From positions 1 to 64,000 of the forward strand of contig UYFQ01000759.1 of NCBI GenBank assembly GCA_900617105.1: a DNA stretch of 64,000 nucleotides. The letters run 5' to 3'. The notes under the pieces were generated by a model, which saw nothing but the letters and a program-made list of their open reading frames with translations, ran no database searches and was not told the DNA's origin. Below, in pieces: positions 37,578-51,297 of the stretch. The stretch is from Hydrurus foetidus (Eukaryota). Position numbers and translations under genes: made by a program. Every line of letters begins with the position of its first letter. The stretch's first letter is position 1.

Positions 37578-40500
37578 TTAGTTTTTCACAGCGAATATTT
37601 TCTTGAAGAAAGGAAGGAAGAAAGCCATCAAAGCTCCTCCTCCTCCCAAGTGGAGAGATTTAAATTTGAATCCAGCGTACAGGCCGCCTACTCCTCGAGA
37701 TTTGACGATTTCTTGACCAACTGCGAGGAATTGAACAGTGCCTGAAGAGGAGTGAGACATACCGTAAGAACGAAGCAGAAAGATAGGAAAATGAGTATGA
37801 GGATGAGGAGAGAACGAGGAGTATTAAATGTAGGGAGAGGATTCAGCATGCTAATGTGAGAGGCAATGATAATCGATAACTAAAACAATGACCCTGAATG
37901 AATATCGTTTTGTCTAATTCCCCTCACAGATAACTCTTGAAAGCGAGGACCATTAAAGCTAGTAAATTAATGATTCTGAACCCGTATGCGTGACTCAGAT
38001 TCACGGAGATATTCAGGGACTTGTAGAGATTGTAATAAGGATGTAACAATGACCAGTCAGATGAGCGTCTTATCATGCACGTCTAGAAAATGCACATGAT
38101 GTAAGACCACTCATATATATGTCTAAAAGTAGAAGTAGATGTAAAAATAGGAGGAAAAGAATTGGCAGAAATATAAGATAAGTATAAGTAGAAATGGAAG
38201 TATAAGTTGAAGTCTTATTACCCGGTAGACCGCCTAGCACTCTCTTCTGCACCACGGTGCGCACTGTGTCTCCAGGAGTGTTGATAGCTGCTCCAAACAC
38301 ACCAGCGCAGAATCCTATAGTGCGGAAAAGAGAAGAGCAAAGGGAGATGCGAGGGAGGGGAAGGAAGAGTTCAGGAGAATGAGGAGACTAGTAAAAAGCA
38401 CCCGGTTACTCAGGGTATGGAACTTTATGTCATGAATCGTGATCCACTGGTAAATGATGTGTCGTGTCGCACTGTAAAGCAATAGCACCTCATATAGTCT
38501 CACCTGATACGAGTTGAGCGAAGACAACAGCTCCGGGGTCTTTCTTCACGTCGAAGTCTTTTCCTTTCACCAACTTTATCGCTTGCTCTACTTTTTGCTC
38601 GAAGAATTTGATGGAGGCGAAGTAGCCTGCTGTCCACCTGAAGAGTTGTATGAGATTAAATAAAATAGCGTAGGACACATTAGAGTAGAATGCGGCAGAA
38701 TATGATACAAAGGGATGAGATATGATAGAATGGGAAAAGATAGAAGAGAGTAGATGAGGAAAATTAGAACAGATGGGGAAAGTGCAATAGGATGAGATTG
38801 TATGGGATAGAATGAGACAGAGTTAAATGCATGGAAGATAGAAATATTCGGTAACGCATTGTGGAATCACAGCAATTTCAATATCTCCAATAACATGAAT
38901 AAAAACGAAAGAGGAAAAAATAGCGACACCACTGAGACCAGTAAAGGAATGCAATGTGCTGTATGAGGGAGAGACTTACATGGCTTGGCGATATTGAACA
39001 CCCAAATACCTGCATAAAAGAAAATAGAAATGGAGGGGAGAGTGAATTAATAATCTGTGGTGCACTCTTTCTTTTTTATATAATGGTCTTCAGGTATAGA
39101 AGTAAATGCGATACATACAAAATACAAAGGTGACCATAAAGTGGACTAATTAATAAAAACAGCTGAGTGTACGAAACCAATCAATGATGAAGATCCATGA
39201 GAATCAACAAATAATGACATATTCCAGTCGCACATTTATCTTATTTCACAATATCTCATTTAATATTTTATCTTATCTTATCCTATCTTATCTTACCCGA
39301 TGGTGAATCCTTTCAGTCCTTTCTCCTGATACACCACACTCATCGCAGTGAGCATGTTGTTCTTAAATCTGTTGGCTGTGTCTAATTGAAGTGAAGTCTA
39401 GAGGAAGGAAAGAAATGAAGCAAAATAGAAAAAGAACAGGGATAAGAATCAGGTTGAAAAGTAGTCTGTCGAAACAAAATCAATTGGTATAAAAGAGAGA
39501 AGGAGAAGATGGAAGGTGAGTGGAGTGAAGTCTGATGAATTGAGAGAGAATGGGAGAGAGGGTGAGGGCAAGTGTTGGTCTATTGGCAGCGTCTAATTGG
39601 AGTGAAATCTGAAGAAAAAGAGGGGACAGGAGGTAGAAGAGATGAGGGCAAGGTGGTGCGGTACAGTCTGTCTGAAAATTTTCTCTTAAGATAAGAATAC
39701 CAGGTAATTCTCATATTGCTAATGAGTGTATTATTATTTCCTAGCTGAGAGCATTTTCAACAGTCTTAAGTATTCAATTCACTATACTGCGACTACTGAT
39801 CACCTTCGCGATCTCAAGCGGCATGATGGAGAGTGCTTCAGGGATGGAAGAAACGATAGCGGCCATGGCCTTGGTGAGAGCTGTACCGCTCTTCTCAGAT
39901 ACACCTATTAAATGAACGATATAAAGGAGTGCGTGAGTGAGAATCCTTTTTTTGGAATAGTGCACGAGTGAAAAGGAGAACGCCTTCTCAGAAACTCATA
40001 CTGCATGAGAAGGGATGATGAGGAATTGAAAACGGGCATAAAAATGAGAATCTTCGAGTTGCATAACTGTATCAAAAGTACAAATGGAGGATTTGAAGGA
40101 ATGCATGAGATGTAAAATAATTTTATTCGAAAAGCGATCAATTTCAATAAATCACGCACTTCTATTGCATTCCTTCGTTCTTTCAAGCTCTGTTCTGTCG
40201 AGAGTGTGACAAAGCAAATGTCGATGTGATAGGGAAGGAGCTATGTTTTCTCACCGGTGAGTGCCATGTGTGCGATGGGGAAGAGAGAGAATTTCACGAA
40301 GCGCATGTAAGTGGATCGAAGCAGCTCTGGAGCAAGGCCCTATTGAATAGATAATAATATGGCATAGAACATGCAAATAACTTAGAATAGAATAGAATGG
40401 GATGTAATAGAATAGCATGGGATGTTAGCTAGTGTGGTAGAATAGAAAGAATAAGGTAGGATACTAGCAAATATGATTAAATAGGAAAGATTTGTAGTTT

Positions 40501-41322
40501 AAAAGAAGAATCTTAGCTTTTAGTCAGCTAGCAAAGTGTTTAGTCAAATTACCTGTGTAAAGAATCCTTGTATTCCGTAAATGTCTCTGAAATTAGACAG
40601 CAGCTCGCCTGATAAGGAAAGGCGTAGACGATGTTGTTAGTGTGAGGATCGTTGAGAACTTGAAAAGTATGGGAGCAATAAACACTTAAGTACAAATCAA
40701 ATCTTTGCAAATGGAGCAGACAGTGGAATTACAAGTTGCAATTTCACCTGTAGTGCGCTTGAGCCCATCACTAGCAGCGGCCATTTGAAGGCCTCTAATA
40801 AGATCTGGTAAATAGGAATCGATATTTAGTTCAAAGACGATTAGAAGTTCCTAAGCTCATCGGGACGATAGGAATGGACGCCCCTCTATGGTGATTAGCT
40901 GGGCCTTTTACCTAGTGGGTACATGATGGCTGCAACGCAAAAGGCTGATGCGAGCACAGGACCCATTGTTGCTACAGCTACTCTGAATTGCGATGGCGCT
41001 GCTGCCGTGGGAACATTCGCAAGAACACATGCTTTGCTCTTTTCTCTGTCACTCAGTCTTGAGTTGGACTGGCTTAACCGATTCGATGAAATGGCCAATC
41101 CATTGATGGGACCAGCAGTCGTAGTCTAGAGAAAACATGAATGAAGAAAGAAGTAAGTTTGAAGTTAGGATGCTGCGCAAGCTCGGGTCACTCGCAGATC
41201 ACGTCATCTTGAAGTGACCTAACAGAATGTGATTGCAGTTGATGTAGTAGATGAAGCACTACCAGATGACTTACCGCCGCTGTTAATGCCAGGCACACTA
41301 GTAAAAGAGTTTTTGAGATCAT
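37578..41322 (-). CDS. Mitochondrial carrier family (SLC25) transporter with an N-terminal signal peptide and transit-like extension; multi-exon
   Basis: Three Px[DE]xx[KR] signatures (YPLDLIR, MPLEIAK, TPGDTVR) and GxxGLYAG. N-terminus MISKTLLLVCLALTA followed by a Ser/Thr/Arg-rich stretch. Confidence 0.88.
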
Positions 41323-42428
41323 CTTAGGATAAAGTGAGATATGTGTTACAGATATGCACTATCGATGATCAAGTCTCTGCGAAATGAGAGCTTTGAGATC
41401 TTGATAATAAACGCGTGTAATAGCAAGAAGATGGAAGATCTGGATATTATCCAAACTCTCCTTTTGAATTCTTCAATACTCTGCTGTGAAAATACATAAT
41501 TGAAAATGGAAAATGGAAGGAGATGTTGTCAACCCCCTCCCGCGGAACGAACAACCACATCGTTTTCGGATTTTTTATGGAAGTCAAGTGCGTACACCTG
41601 GAAAAGTGCTACCCATCTACGACAGTGTCCGACTCGACACACCAGAGGTCAGATGTCAGATCAAGATATGTCAGATGAACAGAATAGAAGGATTGATATA
41701 TAGTATCCCAGAGTTTAGCTTCGATGCACGCAGCGATGATTGTATTCTTGTCACTTCAGGGACGTCTATATCGTCGGGGACAACAGATGGAACTGCTTTT
41801 GCACATTCTGAAAGCACTACGTGCAGATCAATGTCATAGTTTTGATACGCTTAACGAACCCTCCAGAGCAGGGTTTGACTCAGAATGATATGTATTCCTA
41901 CAGGCAATACCTATCTTGATGACTTGCACCGCGAATTTCTGCCTTGCATTTAAGGAGAAGTTTAGATACGAGACATAAATATTGCGGTGAGCGGTGCAAA
42001 ATAAACCTGAACTTCAACTCGATAACAATGACACAGAAAACCATGCCATCTTAATTGATCGAACTCTGCTGGTAGCCTGTGCTGTAATCGATTACTTGTG
42101 GAGTGGCACACACGTATGTGGTGCGTACGTGGTACAGTATGTACGTCAACACATGGGTGCGTCCGTGCTACGAGGGCGAACGTACTTACCGTACAGCTTA
42201 CAATTCCGTGCAGCGTGCAGCGTACGGTACAGTAGACTGTACGTGGCAGAAGAAGGCGCACACGTTTCGGACGTTTCCTTCAAGTGACTTCAAGTAAACT
42301 CTGCAGCCTGCAGTAGACTTCGAGGTTTGAGGCTCCTTCAGCATCATCTGAGCCAGTATTTCGTTCGTGCAGCCCACCTTCTATAGAATTTTCGTTGAGG
42401 AGATTTTAGCTCTAAACTTTAAAGAAGA

Positions 42429-45400
42429 ATGATATCCAAATTTATGGTAGTAGCACTTGTGATTGCAATGTCATGTAGAGCTGACTCATTCTACGTTTCA
42501 GGACGGACGAATTTGAGATCCTCAATGCTGACGATGAAAATGTCGCGAAATTTTAAGACTGCTTTTGCAACAGCAGCGATGACTTTTGGGCTAACCTTAG
42601 ACATCAGTGGGAAGAATCACATGATATCACTTACTCCTACCGCAGTACATGCACGAGGTCTGCTCATGCATCTTCTGATAACGACAATGCTAGCTGCGCT
42701 ATGAACCAAATGAATTGCATATTACTTGGCTTATCTGGGAATCATGAGTTATTTACCATCGCTCATGCGCGTATGCGAACATAACAGGCAAAGATGTTGA
42801 GGCTGGTGATGCTGGAGCAAACGAGGCTGGACAAACAAAAATTAGAGGAGGTAAAATTTCTCCATGAATAGGAATTCATTGAATAAAGAATGGCAGCTTG
42901 TTGCTTTCAACTGTTTTATTTTCCGGACTAAACTCAACCATTATGTTCCTTCAGTTAATTCTTTTTAACATGAAAGTAGACAGGCTTTGTAGTACATTCT
43001 GTGATTTGTTGCAACTGGTAAATGCTGCAATGTTTTACTCACAGGTGGAGCGAGCACTTTGCAGAGAGGAATAGTGAAGACAATGACAAGAGGTGTCAAC
43101 TTAGATAAATCAGATTTCTCAGGTATGTTACTGATGGATGATTTGACCGCACTTACACAGCTTACCTTCTTATAAAAGTCTATACTGTCGCATTCACAGT
43201 AAACGTCAATTCCGCCACCAATTTTTCTGCAATATCTGATCTGCGATAATCTATTCTATTTCAATGATCCATATTTTGTGTTCTGCGATAAATCTGTACC
43301 TGAATACTTGCAAGACAGCTCACATTTTGACAATATCTTCTGTAGGAGCCGACTTGAAGGGTGTTGCTTTTCAGCAGAGCATCGTTAGATACTGTAATTT
43401 CAAGGGTGCTAATCTTTTCAGCGCGTCATTCTTCGAGTGAGTTTACTATCAAAATCATTTTTGTTTCGTATTTTTTTATTTCGTGTTTCGTTCTCATATT
43501 TTCAGTGTTATATAAATCTGTTGATGGTCAGTCACACACCGAATGAAATCATTTTTCGACAGTGAATATCATGAGCTCCTGATCTTTGTCACACCTCTGC
43601 ATATATTCTGTTTCAATACGCAGACGCGCCTCTCTTTCCGTATTCTGTATTCCGTGTTCTGTTCTCTTTCTTTCCTTCCCCATCTTTGGATTTTCCAGTT
43701 CTTTTTTCCAATAGTTACCAATTACTTCACAGCACCATTGATGATTGTCCACGATTAAATCTTATTATTTCTTTCTTTCTCAGAAGCTTAACCATTGCCC
43801 TTTTTCCTTATCTTCCACCCTATCTTCCCTGTCCTACCTTATCCTCTCCTCTCGTACCTCATCGCATCTAATCCTGTTCATCTCATCTTCTCTTCTCTTC
43901 TCCTCTCCTCTCCTATCCGATCCTCGCCTTTCCTATCTTTCCCTGATATTTCTCCTACCGACATTTCTTCTCGATACCCTCTTGAATTCCTCTTTTAATC
44001 CTAATTGACTTTTTTTGAATCAGTGCCACGCTAGACGGCAGCGATTTTGAGAATGCAGATATGACTCAGGCTAATATTGAGCTTGCCCAGGTATGTTGAT
44101 TATTGTGTAGTGTAGTGTAGTGTAGTGTAGTGTAGTGTAGTGTAGTGTAGTGTAGTGTAGTATAATGTAATGTAGTGCAGTGTAGTTAGTGTTGCATTGC
44201 ATTGCATTGTATGCATGTACTTATATGTGGTAGGTTCAACGTTGCTGTTAGACTCTGTTGACATGGTATAATGCGCTGCTGGTAATCATGTACGTGTTGC
44301 GATGTGTTGTGATGAGAGGTGATGTGATGTGATGTGAGGTGATGTCATGTCATGTCATGTGATGTGATGTGATGTGATGTGATGTGAGGTGAGGTGATGT
44401 CATGTCATGTCATGTGAGGTGATGTGATGTGAGGTGATGTGATGTGATGTGAGGTGATGTGATGTGAGGTGATGTGATGTGACGTGAGGTGATGTGATGT
44501 GATGTGATGTGATGTGAGCATTTTCATTTTTGATTATGAAACGGCACTCGAACCTAGCAATCGATAATATAAAATAAAGCAAAATTCAAGGGAATTATCA
44601 CCCACCCGCACAGATCTTGTCTTTCTGCCTTTCATTCTTACACCTCTCAATAACTCCTCTCCATCTCCCATCTGAATAATGTACCGTACTAACGAATCCC
44701 CTCCTCTCGTCTCGTCTCGTCTCGTCTCGACTGATGGGATGGCAGCTCAAGGGATGCAATCTGAAGAACACCATCGCGAAACAAATGTGTAAGTGGCGCT
44801 TTGTTCTCACTGATGATTTTCTCTTCTCTCCTTTTCTCTTCTATTCAGTTCCGTCGAGTGCCCTTTCTTTGCGCTCAATTGTGGTAGTACAGTTTTTTAT
44901 TTTTTTCGATATCAGCCAAAATATGATCATTTTTGCACGTTTCAAGAGTAGCAGTGAAGCACAACTCAACTTTCTTCGAGAATCGTCAACTTTGGGATAC
45001 GTGAGACATTTTGATCTTAACAGATCTTGTAACTGATCTTTGGCTCAGCAGCTATTCGAGTTCAAAATCGTCCATTTTGGAGCGAAAACAGTGATTTTGA
45101 GAGAGGTCAAAATTTCCCACATGAAAACGGGGAGAAAGTTTTCCGTGATTTTAAGTGTATTTCCAATAAATCCTAATACCACATTTGAGCACAAATAAAG
45201 GGCACTCGATGATTCTCTTCTCTTCTCATCTCTTAGTTTCTCTTCCCTTTTTTCCCTTCATTACATTTCTCTGCTCTTTTCCTGTGCACGTATGTGCGTG
45301 TGAGTGCTTTCGACTGTCAGCGTCACTGGCGTTTCACGAGATAATTTAATTTTAACTTCAATTTCTACTTTGATGAAAGTATCTCTTCCACCTGAAGTGG

Positions 45401-46319
45401 AGAAGATTCTACCCATCAAGCTACTTGTCTATCATCATCACTTATCCACCCTCCCAATCAACTCACTCATCAATTCTAAACACCTCTCATAGACGTGGTT
45501 GGCACTACCTTGTTCGAGGGAATTGGCAGTATCGAAAACAGTGATTGGACCGAAACAGACCTAAGCAAATGTGAGACTAATTATTGAAGTTTGATGAGTT
45601 AATAAAATGATGTTGTGTGTTGTGTTGTGATATGTCTATTAGTAGGCCTATTTTGTCAAGTTTGATGAGTTGATATGATGATTTTACGTGGTGTGTAGAA
45701 GTTAGCCTACATTATTTCGAGTTTAACTCATCAATAGGTGCTGATTATCAATGCAATAAAGTGTCTATTTCTTGTTAAGTTTGATTAGTATAGATAATTA
45801 TCTTGTGTTGTATTGCATTGTCTTTAGCGAGCCTATTTTACTATTCTGTATTTTATATTGTGTCTCTCAATTTTCAGTAAGCCTTTTTTAAGTCGAGTAT
45901 AATGCAGTCAAAGATATCGATGTTACCTCATGCCGTGTTTGTTAAGTAGCATATTTCAAGTGAAGTGAAGTCAAGTCAAGTTTACTTAATTTCCTTTTGA
46001 TATGGCGGTGTTGTGTAATGTTGTATGTCGTTTCTATTGAAGTTATCTCATGTGACTAGTTGCACATTCCTCTCTGCACTCCAATTGACATAATCTCCAA
46101 CCAATGTCCTACGAACCCACACATATAATACAATACAATAATGCAGCACACTCACACTACCATGTCCACCACATTAACACCACTAACCATCACTCTCTTT
46201 TCTTTTCTTTATTTCCTTCCACAGACCAGCGTAAGTATCTCTGTTCTCTACCCACTGCCATTGGTAAGAACTCGGTGACAGGGGAAGACACGAGAGAAAG
46301 TCTGCAATGCGATCCGTAA
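42429..46319 (+). CDS. Thylakoid-lumen pentapeptide-repeat protein (TL15/TL17-like); multi-exon
   Basis: Signal peptide + ADS-F + transit peptide + lumenal signal ending AVHA. A(D/N)L-type pentapeptides (SDFSGADLKG, CNFKGANLFS, ATLDGSDFENADMTQ). C-terminal LC...AIGKNSVTGEDTRESLQC. Confidence 0.88.
44106..44517. repeat. Intronic pentanucleotide microsatellites (TGTAG)n and (GATGT/GAGGT/CATGT)n
   Basis: Direct reading. Confidence 0.9.
44854..45209. mobile_element. MITE-like non-autonomous DNA element in an intron
   Basis: 36-bp terminal inverted repeats with 4 mismatches: TCGAGTGCCCTTTCTTTGCGCTCAATTGTGGTAGTA and TAATACCACATTTGAGCACAAATAAAGGGCACTCGA. Non-coding AT-rich interior. No clear target-site duplication. 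Confidence 0.65.
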
Positions 46320-47071
46320 TCGTTATATTGACGATAATTTAAACAATGATGACGACAATCTTCATAAAAATACTAATGATCCTACTCGTAATCGTGATTT
46401 GAAACGTTATTATTATTGAAACAATATAAGAGTTCAATCAAAATCTGATGATTATTTGAATCTATTTCGATGAAATATCAGCTACACTTGCACTCCCACT
46501 CTGATCGCTACTCTCCCCTTTCTTCTCTCCCCTTCTTCTGTCTGTCCGACTCTCTTTCCTTGCACCATATTACCTCCACTCCTTGTCCATAGTCCCGTAT
46601 TTGCACTTTTCTAAACAAAGTAAATTTCCTTTTTTTTTTCTTCTTTTCTTTTTCTTCTTTTAATCGTCGCGATGAGCTGACGTCTTATTGAAGAAATTTT
46701 AAATCGACGTCTAGTGGAACGTTGAGTGGTATCAAGCATAGTAGCACAGCTCAATTTTGATGATACATTGCATTGCAGTGTAATTGCGGCATTTTACTAC
46801 AGGGTCTTTCTGTTCGACATGTCATTAACCGTAGCATAGCATAATCGAGTTTCACAATCGAGGGCAATAATCAATCATGCTGATGCGGATAGTGAGAAAT
46901 AACTGTACAGTCGCAATTAATTGTGAAGAATAAGAAAAAAGAGAAAAAATAAGAATAAGAATAAGAATAAGAATAAGAAAAAATAAGAATAAGAATAAGA
47001 AAAAAGAAAAAAGAAAAGAAAAAAGAGATGGGATGAGAAAAACGAGTATAAGCAGCTGATGCCTATTGCTG

Positions 47072-49483
47072 CTATACACGAGATCGTTTTCTCGAACCCT
47101 GATCGCCAGATACTCTATCCAATGAAGAAAATGATGAAGATGATGAGGGGGGTTGGCCGTATGCCGTCCCCCTATTTACGGCTATTTCCCACTTCGTTAC
47201 ATCGCATGTTCCGGCATTGATTTTTCTCGCGAATAGACATCCAAGTGATCTACTTGATGATTGGCAGTAAATGTAAATGAAGTAAAATAGGGTCAGAAAG
47301 AACAGAGGATTAGGAAAATGGTAAACTAGAGAGGTGCTTGATTCAGAGAGGTAATTGTGATTGAGGTGTTGAGAAGGGGAGGGAGGGGTGAGATAGAAAT
47401 CTTGTTCATTTCCAAAGCGACTTCGAAGACGGCTTTAGCAAAACATCTTTAAAAAAAAATAGAGTCGCAAAGACTCCATTGCATATAGTAGAGATATTGT
47501 TTGATCACCTGATACGAGCCACGAATGAAGGAGAAATAATGAGCGGGGATGGATTGGCATCACCCCTCCTAGCCCATTCCGCATACGTCACCATTCTTCT
47601 CTCCACCTCCATGAAAGGAGTTGAAGATTGACATTCAGAAGAATTTGAGTCCTTGTCTCCTCCTCTATCCCTCTTCTTGTTCTCTCTCGCACCTCCACTA
47701 CTCCCTCCCCCTCCCCTTTCCCCTCCTCCTCCCCTATCCCTTTCCCATCCCTTCTCCTCACCCCTCTCCCTTTCGCCTCTCCTTTCTTTTCCCCCTTCCC
47801 CATCTTTTTCTGTTCCCCTGCCATTAGATATCGATGTATCCCTATTGTCTGACCCACGATCTGCAATAGGAATGTCTCTGAGATAGCCCAGCAGTGCCAA
47901 CATTGTGGGAAAATAAGTCTGATAAAAAATACACAACACAATACAATTCGTTATTCGTCATTTTCTCTCTTAGATAACATTTCGATTTCAAATCAAATCA
48001 AATCATGGAGTCAAGTATTATTAAACTATCGGTAAAATGACCTTGAAATAATTAAATATTGGTAAACTGTCCAAAAAACAAACAAACAATTTCTCACCTC
48101 TTCTGGTGCGAATGCTGATCCGGAATCTTCGGTCCAGGGTCCACCCGCACCCCAGGCCTCGACTAGATTTGACCCCACACACTGATGCAGCAGAAATATC
48201 TGGAGAACACAATAGAATAGAACAGAACAGAAGAGAATGGAGTACAATGGAGTAAAGTAGAATGGAGAAGAGCAGAGTAGACTAGATTAGATATGAGTGA
48301 AGGGAATGATGAGGAGAGTGCAAATAAGGCTGGATACTGGAGAATGCTGTGCAGCTGAGAATTTACTCTATTCCCTGCACGTAGACATCAAAAGCACACA
48401 GATAAACACACGTACACAGGCTCAAATGCATTCACTTACACAAATGGACATCGTACGAAAGCAAAACATACGGCAACACACAAACACTTTTATAAACACA
48501 CTTACTCACACACACACACTCACACGCACGTACATTCGTACGTACCTCTTCTGCATGTCTTCTGGTGAGCATTATCCAGCCGGGTAAAGATTTCCACACA
48601 GCCCTTTGGGGGATGATGCTCTGGTCGACGGACGAAAAACAGGCAGCTTTCTCCCAGGAACTCTAAAAGAGATATATGAAAATGAAGAATGAAAATGAAA
48701 ATAAAAGTGAAACGAGGGTGAAAAACAAAAATAAATAAGAAGAATGAAAAATGAAAAATAAGAACGTGAAATAGCAAATAAGGATAAAGAACAAGAACGA
48801 AGAATAAGAATGAAGAGTGAAGGGTGAATAATGAAATTAAGCAGGAGAAAGAATAGTGAAGGATGGGTTATTTATTTTTCGGTATGGTGGATGGCGGTTG
48901 TGTGCTGGATATTGAGGAGGTGTTGCGCAGTAGTATGATATTGAGTGTTTTGATATCATATGCCATGACATTATATGTGATCACATGATCCTGTCATATC
49001 ATATCTTAGCATATCATGTCATATTGTATCATACAATATGGAATGCAGGTATAATCCAATCATCTCTACCTCTCCTGCGTGTCTAGCTTTCATCCAGCTG
49101 GAATCTCTTCCGAACAATGATGCTCCCGTTTCTTGCAGAGTGCAAATAGGTACGCAACTCTCTGTGCCGAACACAAATCTGATAATGGTGATGATTTAAG
49201 AAAATAAAAAATACGAAAAACGTGAAAAATGCTAAACCGGAACGTTGCACTATATAGCACAACAACGCACAACGTAGCACAACAATGCACATTAACACAC
49301 ACTAATTGTATTTTTTCAGAATTTTGTATTGCTTTTCAGTGACCATTGCTCAGTACGCTATAATGCGGTCAGTGCATCAGACACACACACATACAGAACA
49401 TTCTCAATTAGCAGTCAAAGTGAAGAAAGATATTTAAAAGACAAGCCAGTAACATTTAGGACGAGAGTGAAGAGGGGTCACTT

Positions 49484-49538
<55 letters not shown>

Positions 49539-51000
49539 TCTTGAGTATGGGTGTGTGCGTAAAAGATTGTTTTTTGTGTGTGCGAATATGTGTACATGTT
49601 TGTCTGACTAATCAACATAATCAAATCGACCATTTCAATCACAACAACTATCACCATTCACAACACGACATAACTCACTACACTCCCTATCTTTTCCTTT
49701 ATCCCTTTCTATTTACTCATACCTCGAACAATTGGAATCCTTCAACGCTTCCTGCAGTACGGACAGCATAGCACGTACCACTTCGGGAGAATTCCATTCG
49801 GGACTGTGGGTCATATCTTGAAATTTGTTATTATCATCATTATCATTACTATTATTCTCCGAGAAAAATAGATGCAAAAATATGGGATGAAAACAGAGCA
49901 AATCGCACTTAAGGCAAAAAGAGGGGAAATGGTCAAGATTCCGAACTAAAATCATGCAAATTTGCACCGATATTGGTCTATTTCCTTATCAAAATTATCA
50001 TCCACTTGGAATTTAATTTTATCAGATGTGACAATGTCAAAATATCATTAAGATTAACGATTCCACATATTTTGATAGTGAAAGGTGCCATATTTTCAAT
50101 TAGATGTGTGGTGGGATTTAAATAAGAACTTAAAGATCTTGATCTTGTGATGATCTTACACATTGTTCACAGAAAAAAATCTCATCTTGATTAGTGGGCG
50201 ATCAAACAAAACAATGCGCGATTCTCACATCTCTTTCCTCAGAGGCTGAATAGCGAGCAAAATAGGAATACATAAATTGTTGGAGTATTCAAATAAAAAG
50301 ACGGCAATTGATGAACTCCTGAAACCTTTCCATTTCATTATCGGCTATCACACAAAAAGATTCAACCTTTCTGTTTTCTTACCTAGTGTTCTCTCCCTGA
50401 CCCACTGTGACTTAATTTTGTCCGGATGTTTCGCATGGATAAATAGTCGTCCTTCATATTCCCCTCTCGATCCCTTCATAGCGTTTATTTCAGTACTCCC
50501 GTCCTCCTCACCGAGCCAACGCCTCCATATATCCTCGTGATGAAGATTATCGACTATGACTAGGCAAATAGCGATTGTAGGCTGTATTGGCTTTGCTGAT
50601 GATGATGATGTTGCGCATGACGAGGAAGAGTTCGTGTTGGCTCGTACTGGTGTCAGAGACCCGCTGAGGTGACATAAACAATGGCGAAGGAGTTGAAATG
50701 AGCGCTTCCTGAGAAGAGTCCTTCGCATACTATTTGCTGAAATGTGCTACGAAATGATACTGCGATAGAGTGTGCTACGACCGAGCGCGCATCAACAGAT
50801 TTGACGTCATATTCTTGCATCAACAGAGCAAGGAATCGCCACACATTCACATATTTTACTAACAGGCGGGAGCTGAGTAGCTTCTCCAGTTTCTCCAAGG
50901 TCGTTTTACCAGGCAGTACAGTGTTTGGATTGAGGAATGCTGCTGGTTTGTCTTTCCCCTTGTAAATGCCGAGCAACTCAGCCATTGAAAGCTTCGACAT
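47072..51000 (-). CDS. Core-2/I-branching (GT14/DUF266)-like glycosyltransferase, paralogue 1; multi-exon
   Basis: IAICLVIVDNLHHEDIWRRW, LFIHAKHP, PEWNSPEVVRAM, FVFGTESCVPI, WKSLPGWIMLTRRHA, APEE|TYFPT, VTYAEW, GCLFARK. Confidence 0.8.
49485..49536. repeat. (GT)n microsatellite
   Basis: Direct reading. Confidence 0.95.
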
Positions 51001-51297
51001 GATTTGCAGCTCAAATTCCGATCAATAGAAGGCAGCGAACACTCAGGAGGAATAAGACGTAGCAATAAAGCGAAAACAGTGGTCTGTTAGCTCTAGCTTT
51101 CGAGTAACTCTCTCGATTATTGTCTTTCTAAACTGCCGCATCACGCAGGATGGACGAGATCAGAGATACTGTGGGTTAGAGAAGTGGCGAACGTACAAGA
51201 GTTGAAAGTACCACACAACCCTCTGTTCAAATTATACGGTTTGGTGATGTAACTCTAAAAACGGTTCTCTCTTCGGAGCGAGCAACTCCCACATTTT

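Noticed and set aside
41513..42297. Short ORFs between the carrier and pentapeptide genes
   Set aside because: No recognisable domain or convincing exon structure.
49850..50345. AT-rich intronic segment resembling the interior of the MITE at 44.9 kb
   Set aside because: Only vague compositional similarity; no terminal inverted repeats found.
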